Shown here piece by piece: positions 11,601-21,361 of a DNA stretch of 23,646 bases (positions within the stretch are counted from its first letter, which is position 1; every line of letters begins with the position of its first letter). The stretch covers positions 1 through 23,646 of the forward strand of contig NIVC01005175.1 in NCBI GenBank assembly GCA_002269645.1, in the 5' to 3' direction. A model generated the notes under the pieces. It did not search any database. It was not told the DNA's origin and worked only from the letters and a program-made list of their open reading frames with translations. The translations under genes were made by a program, and so were the position numbers. The stretch is from Macrostomum lignano (taxonomy: Eukaryota).

Positions 11601-14600
11601 TGTAAACAATCATAGAAGCGTCATGTAAAAATCATAGAAGCGTCATGTAAAAATCATAGAAGCGTCATGTAAAAATCATAGAAGCGTCATGTAAAAATCA
11701 TAGAAGCGTCATGTAAAAATCATAGAAGCGTCATGTAAAAATCATAGAAGCGTCATGTAAAAAACAATCATAGAAGCGTCATGTAAACAATCATAGAAGC
11801 GTCATGTAAACAATCATAGAAGCGTCATGTAAAAATCATAGAAGCGTCATGTAAACAATCATAGAAGCGTCATGTAAAAATCATAGAAGCGTCATGTAAA
11901 AATCATAGAAGCGTCATGTAAAAATCATAGAAGCGTCATGTAAACAATCATAGAAGCGTCATGTAAAAATCATAGAAGCGTCATGTAAAAATCATAGAAG
12001 CGTCATGTAAACAATCATAGAAGCGTCATGTAAACAATCATAGAAGCGTCATGTAAAAATCATAGAAGCGTCATGTAAAAATCATAGAAGCGTCATGTAA
12101 ACAATCATAGAAGCGTCATGTAAACAATCATAGAAGCGTCATGTAAAAATCATAGAAGCGTCATGTAAAAATCATAGAAGCGTCATGTAAAAATCATAGA
12201 AGCGTCATGTAAACAATCATAGAAGCGTCATGTAAAAATCATAGAAGCGTCATGTAAAAATCATAGAAGCGTCATGTAAAAAATCATAGAAGCGTCATGT
12301 AAACAATCATAGAAGCGTCATGTAAAAATCATAGAAGCGTCATGTAAAAATCATAGAAGCGTCATGTAAACAATCATAGAAGCGTCATGTAAACAATCAT
12401 AGAAGCGTCATGTAAAAATCATAGAAGCGTCATGTAAAAATCATAGAAGCGTCATGTAAAAATCATAGAAGCGTCATGTAAACAATCATAGAAGCGTCAT
12501 GTAAAAATCATAGAAGCGTCATGTAAAAATCATAGAAGCGTCATGTAAAAATCATAGAAGCGTCATGTAAACAATCATAGAAGCGTCATGTAAAAATCAT
12601 AGAAGCGTCATGTAAAAAATCATAGAAGCGTCATGTAAAAATCATAGAAGCGTCATGTAAACAATCATAGAAGCGTCATGTAAAAATCATAGAAGCGTCA
12701 TGTAAAAAATCATAGAAGCGTCATGTAAACAATCATAGAAGCGTCATGTAAAAATCATAGAAGCGTCATGTAAACAATCATAGAAGCGTCATGTAAAAAA
12801 TCATAGAAGCGTCATGTAAACAATCATAGAAGCGTCATGTAAAAATCATAGAAGCGTCATGTAAACAATCATAGAAGCGTCATGTAAAAATCATAGAAGC
12901 GTCATGTAAAAATCATAGAAGCGTCATGTAAAAATCATAGAAGCGTCATGTAAACAATCATAGAAGCGTCATGTAAAAATCATAGAAGCGTCATGTAAAA
13001 ATCATAGAAGCGTCATGTAAACAATCATAGAAGCGTCATGTAAAAATCATAGAAGCGTCATGTAAAAATCATAGAAGCGTCATGTAAAAATCATAGAAGC
13101 GTCATGTAAACAATCATAGAAGCGTCATGTAAAAATCATAGAAGCGTCATGTAAACAATCATAGAAGCGTCATGTAAAAATCATAGAAGCGTCATGTAAA
13201 CAATCATAGAAGCGTCATGTAAAAATCATAGAAGCGTCATGTAAACAATCATAGAAGCGTCATGTAAAAATCATAGAAGCGTCATGTAAAAATCATAGAA
13301 GCGTCATGTAAAAATCATAGAAGCGTCATGTAAACAATCATAGAAGCGTCATGTAAAAATCATAGAAGCGTCATGTAAAAATCATAGAAGCGTCATGTAA
13401 AAATCATAGAAGCGTCATGTAAAAATCATAGAAGCGTCATGTAAAAATCATAGAAGCGTCATGTAAACAATCATAGAAGCGTCATGTAAAAATCATAGAA
13501 GCGTCATGTAAAAATCATAGAAGCGTCATGTAAAAATCATAGAAGCGTCATGTAAAAATCATAGAAGCGTCATGTAAAAATCATAGAAGCGTCATGTAAA
13601 AATCATAGAAGCGTCATGTAAAAATCATAGAAGCGTCATGTAAACAATCATAGAAGCGTCATGTAAAAATCATAGAAGCGTCATGTAAAAAATCATAGAA
13701 GCGTCATGTAAAAATCATAGAAGCGTCATGTAAAAATCATAGAAGCGTCATGTAAACAATCATAGAAGCGTCATGTAAAAATCATAGAAGCGTCATGTAA
13801 ACAATCATAGAAGCGTCATGTAAAAATCATAGAAGCGTCATGTAAACAATCATAGAAGCGTCATGTAAAAATCATAGAAGCGTCATGTAAAAATCATAGA
13901 AGCGTCATGTAAAAATCATAGAAGCGTCATGTAAAAATCATAGAAGCGTCATGTAAACAATCATAGAAGCGTCATGTAAAAATCATAGAAGCGTCATGTA
14001 AACAATCATAGAAGCGTCATGTAAAAATCATAGAAGCGTCATGTAAACAATCATAGAAGCGTCATGTAAAAATCATAGAAGCGTCATGTAAACAATCATA
14101 GAAGCGTCATGTAAAAATCATAGAAGCGTCATGTAAACAATCATAGAAGCGTCATGTAAAAATCATAGAAGCGTCATGTAAACAATCATAGAAGCGTCAT
14201 GTAAAAATCATAGAAGCGTCATGTAAACAATCATAGAAGCGTCATGTAAAAATCATAGAAGCGTCATGTAAAAATCATAGAAGCGTCATGTAAAAATCAT
14301 AGAAGCGTCATGTAAAAATCATAGAAGCGTCATGTAAAAATCATAGAAGCGTCATGTAAAAATCATAGAAGCGTCATGTAAACAATCATAGAAGCGTCAT
14401 GTAAAAATCATAGAAGCGTCATGTAAAAATCATAGAAGCGTCATGTAAAAATCATAGAAGCGTCATGTAAAAATCATAGAAGCGTCATGTAAACAATCAT
14501 AGAAGCGTCATGTAAAAATCATAGAAGCGTCATGTAAAAATCATAGAAGCGTCATGTAAACAATCATAGAAGCGTCATGTAAAAATCATAGAAGCGTCAT

Positions 14601-17515
14601 GTAAACAATCATAGAAGCGTCATGTAAACAATCATAGAAGCGTCATGTAAACAATCATAGAAGCGTCATGTAAACAATCATAGAAGCGTCATGTAAAAAT
14701 CATAGAAGCGTCATGTAAAAATCATAGAAGCGTCATGTAAAAATCATAGAAGCGTCATGTAAAAATCATAGAAGCGTCATGTAAAAATCATAGAAGCGTC
14801 ATGTAAAAAATCATAGAAGCGTCATGTAAAAATCATAGAAGCGTCATGTAAACAATCATAGAAGCGTCATGTAAACAATCATAGAAGCGTCATGTAAAAA
14901 TCATAGAAGCGTCATGTAAAAATCATAGAAGCGTCATGTAAAAATCATAGAAGCGTCATGTAAAAAATCAAGCGTCATGTAAACAATCATAGAAGCGTCA
15001 TGTAAAAATCATAGAAGCGTCATGTAAAAATCATAGAAGCGTCATGTAAACAATCATAGAAGCGTCATGTAAAAATCATAGAAGCGTCATGTAAACAATC
15101 ATAGAAGCGTCATGTAAACAATCATAGAAGCGTCATGTAAACAATCATAGAAGCGTCATGTAAAAATCATAGAAGCGTCATGTAAACAATCATAGAAGCG
15201 TCATGTAAAAATCATAGAAGCGTCATGTAAACAATCATAGAAGCGTCATGTAAAAATCATAGAAGCGTCATGTAAACAATCATAGAAGCGTCATGTAAAC
15301 AATCATAGAAGCGTCATGTAAAAATCATAGAAGCGTCATGTAAAAATCATAGAAGCGTCATGTAAAAATCATAGAAGCGTCATGTAAAAATCATAGAAGC
15401 GTCATGTAAAAATCATAGAAGCGTCATGTAAAAATCATAGAAGCGTCATGTAAACAATCATAGAAGCGTCATGTAAAAATCATAGAAGCGTCATGTAAAA
15501 ATCATAGAAGCGTCATGTAAAAAATCATAGAAGCGTCATGTAAAAATCATAGAAGCGTCATGTAAAAATCATAGAAGCGTCATGTAAACAATCATAGAAG
15601 CGTCATGTAAAAATCATAGAAGCGTCATGTAAACAATCATAGAAGCGTCATGTAAAAAATCATAGAAGCGTCATGTAAAAATCATAGAAGCGTCATGTAA
15701 AAATCATAGAAGCGTCATGTAAACAATCATAGAAGCGTCATGTAAAAATCATAGAAGCGTCATGTAAACAATCATAGAAGCGTCATGTAAAAATCATAGA
15801 AGCGTCATGTAAACAATCATAGAAGCGTCATGTAAAAATCATAGAAGCGTCATGTAAAAATCATAGAAGCGTCATGTAAAAATCATAGAAGCGTCATGTA
15901 AAAATCATAGAAGCGTCATGTAAAAATCATAGAAGCGTCATGTAAAAATCATAGAAGCGTCATGTAAAAATCATAGAAGCGTCATGTAAAAATCATAGAA
16001 GCGTCATGTAAAAATCATAGAAGCGTCATGTAAAAATCATAGAAGCGTCATGTAAAAATCATAGAAGCGTCATGTAAAAAATCATAGAAGCGTCATGTAA
16101 ACAATCATAGAAGCGTCATGTAAAAATCATAGAAGCGTCATGTAAACAATCATAGAAGCGTCATGTAAAAATCATAGAAGCGTCATGTAAACAATCATAG
16201 AAGCGTCATGTAAAAATCATAGAAGCGTCATGTAAAAATCATAGAAGCGTCATGTAAAAATCATAGAAGCGTCATGTAAAAATCATAGAAGCGTCATGTA
16301 AAAATCATAGAAGCGTCATGTAAAAATCATAGAAGCGTCATAAAAAATCGTAGAAGCGTCATGTAAACAATCATAGAAGCGTCATGTAAAAATCATAGAA
16401 GCGTCATGTAAACAATCATAGAAGCGTCATGTAAAAATCATAGAAGCGTCATGTAAACAATCATAGAAGCGTCATGTAAAAATCATAGAAGCGTCATGTA
16501 AAAATCATAGAAGCGTCATGTAAACAATCATAGAAGCGTCATGTAAAAAATCATAGAAGCGTCATGTAAACAATCATAGAAGCGTCATGTAAACAATCAT
16601 AGAAGCGTCATGTAAAAATCATAGAAGCGTCATGTAAACAATCATAGAAGCGTCATGTAAAAATCATAGAAGCGTCATGTAAACAATCATAGAAGCGTCA
16701 TGTAAAAATCATAGAAGCGTCATGTAAACAATCATAGAAGCGTCATGTAAAAAATCATAGAAGCGTCATGTAAACAATCATAGAAGCGTCATGTAAAAAT
16801 CATAGAAGCGTCATGTAAAAATCATAGAAGCGTCATATAAAAATCGTAGAAGCGTCATGTAAAAATCATAGAAGCGTCATGTAAAAATCGTAGAAGCGTC
16901 ATGTAAACAATCATAGAAGCGTCATGTAAAAATCATAGAAGCGTCATGTAAAAATCATAGAAGCGTCATGTAAAAATCATAGAAGCGTCATGTAAAAATC
17001 ATAGAAGCGTCATGTAAAAATCATAGAAGCGTCATGTAAAAATCATAGAAGCGTCATGTAAAAATCATAGAAGCGTCATGTAAAAATCATAGAAGCGTCA
17101 TGTAAACAATCATAGAAGCGTCATGTAAAAAATAGAAGCGTCATGTAAAAATCATAGAAGCGTCATGTAAAAAATCATAGAAGCGTCATGTAAACAATCA
17201 TAGAAGCGTCATGTAAAAAATCATAGAAGCGTCATGTAAACAATCATAGAAGCGTCATGTAAAAAATCATAGAAGCGTCATGTAAACAATCATAGAAGCG
17301 TCATGTAAAAATCATAGAAGCGTCATGTAAACAATCATAGAAGCGTCATGTAAAAAATCATAGAAGCGTCATGTAAAAATCATAGAAGCGTCATGTAGAA
17401 AAAATCATAGAAGCCTCATTTAAAAACTAATGAAAGTGTCATTTAAAAAATTAAGAAGCGTCACGGTAGAATAAAAGAAACGTCATGTCAGACATGAAGG
17501 GTTCATGTAAAAATT
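5667..17515 (+). repeat. Highly homogeneous 22/23-bp satellite (AAAAATCATAGAAGCGTCATGT / AAACAATCATAGAAGCGTCATGT), roughly 520 units
   Basis: Uninterrupted head-to-tail units from ~5670 to ~17400, decaying to ~17515. No spacers. Unit count estimated as length/~22.4, not counted. Confidence 0.99.
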
Positions 17516-17539
17516 AAATGCAACTATAATGCTGTGCTG

Positions 17540-18530
17540 GGGAGAAAAACTGAGACGTCAAGGCTCTCAGAGAATAACTGAGATTACGGGGGGGGGGGGT
17601 TTCTGAGATGTCAAAGCAAAAGTCAGAAGCTACTTCAAAGTTCATGTACTTTACTCCATTTTTTTATTGCATTCTTTGTTGGCTCGTCACGGGGGGGCGC
17701 TGATAGAAGAAAAGTCATGTAAAAAATAAAAGTAGCACTATGTATACATAAAAGAAAAGTCATGTCGAAGTTAAAAGATTCATTTGGGAATTGCTACGAT
17801 GTCAAAGCTTGGTGGAAATCGTTATAGTGCTGTGATTCTTAAAGAAAGAATCACTAAAATGTTAAGGCTTAGGGGAGAAGAATTGCTGAGATTTCAAGGC
17901 TTTAGGTTGGGTTAAAGTTAGGTTTAGGTCAGGTGTGGGTTGAGGGTTATATTTTATCGGGTTTCAAGGTTAACAGGGGATTTTTTAGATTTCAAGGTTT
18001 ATGGGGGCCATTGCTGACATGTCAAGGCTTACGGGGGAATAGCTGAGATGTCAAGGCTCACGGGGGTATAAATGAGATTTCAAGGCTAAAGTCAGAAGCT
18101 ACATGTAGTTTATTGAAAACTTTTTATTACATTATTTGATGCCTCCTCAGGGGAGGGATCGCTGATAAAAAAGCGTAATGTAAAAAATAAAAGAAGCTTC
18201 ATGTCGAAGTTAAGAGATTCATTTGGGAATCCCTACGATGTTGAGGCTTGCAAGGAATCGCTATAATGCTGTAGTAGTGCTATAATGACTCTTAGGGAGA
18301 ATTACTGAAATTTCAATGCTTTAGGGTTAGGTTAGGGTTAGGGTTAGGGTTAGGGTTAGGGTTAGGCTAGGGTTAGGGTTAGAAGGTTGACAGATATTTT
18401 TAGATTTCCAAGGCTTATTGGGGGCATTGCTGAGATGTCAAGGGGGGAAGTTGATATGTTAAAGCTTGTGGGGGGGGATAACTGACATGTCAAGGCTTAC
18501 AAGGTTTGACAGGAGATTTTTTAAGATTTC
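17540..18530 (+). repeat. Degenerate ~29-bp G-rich minisatellite (GGGGGAATAGCTGAGATGTCAAGGCTTAC-like) spread through the 3' modules of copy 2
   Basis: Recurring GCTGAGATGTCAAGGCT / GAGATTTCAAGGCT units preceded by G runs at ~17540-17620, ~17860-17900, ~17990-18090 and ~18400-18500. Confidence 0.75.
18321..18382 (+). repeat. Interstitial telomere-like (TTAGGG)n tract, ~10 units with TTAGG and CTAGGG variants
   Basis: Read directly. A degenerate counterpart lies at 17902-17949. Confidence 0.9.
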
Positions 18531-18576
18531 AAGGATACATGTAGCTTATTAAAAAAATGTGTATTGCATTTCTTTG

Positions 18577-18605
18577 GCTTCCCAACGGGGGGCGTAGATT
18601 GCTAG
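18577..18605 (+). other. Helitron 3' terminator (hairpin + CTAG), copy 2
   Basis: GCTTCCC-AAC-GGGGGGC stem (two G-T pairs), 8-nt spacer, CTAG, followed by T. Confidence 0.85.
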
Positions 18606-18880
18606 TGGTGCCCTATAAACTAGGTGATGAATCCTTTGAAGACAAAGAGCACTCCAGTTGCATACCTAAGCTTGATGTCATTATCAAGTAGCTTGCCTTG
18701 CTCATCAAAGCTTAGCCTTATCTCACAATATTAAAATATATGGAATAGGCCATGCCGCCATGGTAAAGTACTTCAAGGAAAGAAAATAGATAGGCCTAAG
18801 CCTATGGCACTGCACATAGTACTCTAAGCTCATTGCTTATGATCCACCCATTGCTAGTCTAGCTAGCTGCATATTCAAGT

Positions 18881-18939
18881 GGCAATGGCTAGAGTTCTGG
18901 CACCAGAACCCATTTTTTAATGGCTATAGATCCAGTAAT

Positions 18940-18983
<44 letters not shown>

Positions 18984-19243
18984 GATAGATAGATACATAG
19001 AGGTATTCTAGTAATGCAATTTATAGGTATAATATAGCAGAAACATAGGCCTATTATTTTTTTGCCTTTACTTTTTTAAGGGTGGTTGATATTAGGATTT
19101 TGTTCAATATAAGATTCAAAACAAGATACTTCTAATGTTCAAAGACTTAATTATATATTAGATAACTCAAACTGCCTGCAGAAGACTGCCAGATCCATAG
19201 CCATTAGAAAACAGGTTCCAGTGCTAGAACTCTAGCCATTACC
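18881..19243. mobile_element. MITE with 52-bp TIRs and 9-bp TSD (Mutator/MULE-like)
   Basis: TIRs 18881-18932 and 19192-19243 match at 44/52, all mismatches being transitions. Flanks TATTCAAGT (18872-18880) and CATTCAAGT (19244-19252) match at 8/9. A 9-bp TSD and GG termini fit Mutator; an 8-bp TSD reading (hAT) is not excluded. Confidence 0.75.
18941..19000 (+). repeat. (TAGA)n / GATA microsatellite inside the MITE
   Basis: Perfect TAGA repeats at 18941-18983, then imperfect to 19000. Confidence 0.95.
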
Positions 19244-20561
19244 CATTCAAGTTGGGTTTGTGCATTCTAATATACCAAGCTGCCCAACTAGCACATATGG
19301 CACACATACGGCACAGAGGTGAGGCAAAGATTGTCCCTCTAAAATTTATTCCAGCACACCTGCGCCACCTTTCTTGACTTTCTAACCAGGCCTATAAGCT
19401 ATGATGATTCTAGACCAATTTTGTAAAAAGGCATTCGCTAGGCTTAAGGCTTAATAGTGACTAGGGCATATTATGCGTTTATATGAGCGAGGATAGCCTA
19501 ATGAGCCCATTCATGAATTTTGGCTATGGCCAAGCCTAACATAATTAGTTGAGTGATTTTGGGGCCTAGCTAGGCCTAGGCCCTACAGAAAAATTACACT
19601 TACAGGTTGTTAACTGCTTTTTTTGTTATTTCAACTTATTTGATTTACCACTCTTCTGATTTTTGGGTGCGATTTTGCAACCTAATTTTAAATTTAAGAT
19701 GGAACAGTGATTAGGGAACTTTCGGATGCTATTCGCTACTGCTAACAAACGACGCTGTCATGACTACTTCTTTATCAATATATGTATAATTTTAAGGTTA
19801 CTTTAAAAATATGACACCGTTTAATTTTATTAAAAAGTTAAACCTAGTAAAATATAAATATCTGTAAAAAAACTAGCTTAATCTGTAGACTAAAAATATA
19901 ACGCACTAAAAACCTTATTAAATGTATTTTTCAATCTTCTTCGGCTTTTTTGTACTTAGATGCTGTGATTTAGTTATAGTCGATAAAAGCATAAGATAAA
20001 ATCAAGCCGAATCGCTAGTAATAAAACCATTAAAATAAAACACAACCATCGCTATTGTTGATCATCGTTAAACGGAGCGTATTCGGGAATAATATGAATT
20101 GAAACGGAAATTAATAATCGATGTTTTGCGGTTATTATTATTAATTAAAGAAGCTGACAACTGAATAGAATAACCCTCTACTATTATACACTAGATTTTC
20201 TGATAAAAGAGCTGGAGGCTGGAAGTAGAATGGAGCATATATTTGGCAAATCGCTAGTGAAATAAGCATGCTCTATAGAAAGCATAGCGCTGAAGGGAGT
20301 TTTGTATAGACTGCTAATCGGTAGGGATCAAATATAATCTGTGCTGGAAAAATCCGATTTCTCGAGAGCAAGCTACTGTGAATACACTGGCGATTATTGC
20401 AAAAAATATACGTTCCTTTACCTTTCTCCAGCTCATTTCTAAGAAAATAGTTAAATAGATCATAGATGTACATCATGTAATGTATTTCTACTGCAGTTGT
20501 ACGTGATCGCAGAAAACCGTTTAACCCCAAACCAAAACAACCGCTAGATTCATACAGTACA

Positions 20562-21360
20562 TGTTGTATAGTGAGTCGCTATAGTTTAGTTAGGCGCCGC
20601 ACTAGTCAGCTGTTTCCCTCGCCCTCGCCCCAGGCTTCTGTCTGCCGCTGGGCAGTTGCCTGTCCCTTCTCGCCTGTCCCCTGGCCTGTCCCTTGCCCGG
20701 TTGTCTGTCTGTCGGTTTGTCCTCGTTTGCCCCTTTTGTCTCGTGCTCCCGTTTTGCAGTGCCCAGACAGCTTGGTCTGGCCTGCCTCTGTTTCTTTCTC
20801 TGGTGGGCACCTCCAAATTTGGAGTGTGCCCCAAAATCACTCAACTAATAATGTTAGGCTTGGAGTGTGGGCTCGTGTTTATGGACATCACGTGCGCCAG
20901 GACCGTACCCCTGCCTCCTCTGGCTGCATGTCTGCAGCCCATTTGCGCGGACTCGTCAGGCATTCGAATTCCACTACAACTCGTACAGGAAAACTACGCG
21001 ACTAGACCATGCTATGGTCCACGATAACCATAACTAGTCGAGTCCATGCCACCGTGGACCCATGGTCTAGTCGCGTAGTTTTCCTGTAGTACGTGGAATG
21101 CCTGACTAGTCCTCCACCGTTAGGTGGAGCTCAGCACCTCACCGAAGGCTTCGGCTCTGTGAAGCTTGTGGCAGCACTACCTACGCTACGAGTAGCAATT
21201 CTAAGAAATCGCCAGCTAGAGGTCACCGCCAAGCGCTAAGAGGTCTGCCCGGCCGCCCGAGACAGCCCGAGAACGTCAGCAGTACTCCTCTGGTGGCAGC
21301 GATTCTACTGGAGACCTGCGAGAGCACCCGCAAGGTAACAACTAAACAACCTATACTTCA
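20562..21360 (+). mobile_element. 5' LTR (~800 bp) of an LTR retrotransposon
   Basis: Begins TGTTGTATAG and ends CTATACTTCA (reverse complement TGAAGTATAG, 8/10 match). TG...CA termini. Abrupt rise in GC. A PBS follows 1 nt later. The 5' boundary rests only on the short terminal inverted repeat; no partner LTR is in the window. Confidence 0.75.
20949..21112. repeat. 164-bp imperfect palindrome (long hairpin) inside the LTR
   Basis: Perfect 28-bp arms at 20984-21011 and 21061-21088. Inner 8-bp arms GGTCCACG/CGTGGACC (21016-21023, 21053-21060). Outer arms GGACTCGTCAGGCATTC and GAATGCCTGACTAGTCC. Confidence 0.9.
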
Positions 21361-21361
21361 T

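Larger units (their letters stand above)
5046..18605 (+). mobile_element. Non-autonomous Helitron-like element, copy 2, inflated by an ~11.7 kb satellite
   Basis: Starts TCCTATATACTAAAAATG directly after the CTAG of copy 1. Ends with hairpin GCTTCCC-AAC-GGGGGGC (18577-18593), 8 nt, CTAG (18602-18605), then host T (18606). Its terminal sequence GGGGGGCGTAGATTGCTAG nearly matches copy 1 GGGGGGCGAAGATTGCTAG. Confidence 0.85.

Noticed and set aside
5667-17400. CRISPR array
   Set aside because: Repeats are directly head-to-tail with no unique spacers, there are no cas genes, and the context is eukaryotic.
18321-18382. True chromosome end
   Set aside because: The tract is only ~60 bp, internal, and flanked on both sides by element sequence.
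20571-21027. Overlapping ORFs on both strands in the GC-rich region
   Set aside because: They lie inside the LTR; stop-poor GC/CT-rich sequence yields open frames, and no gag/pol motifs are present.
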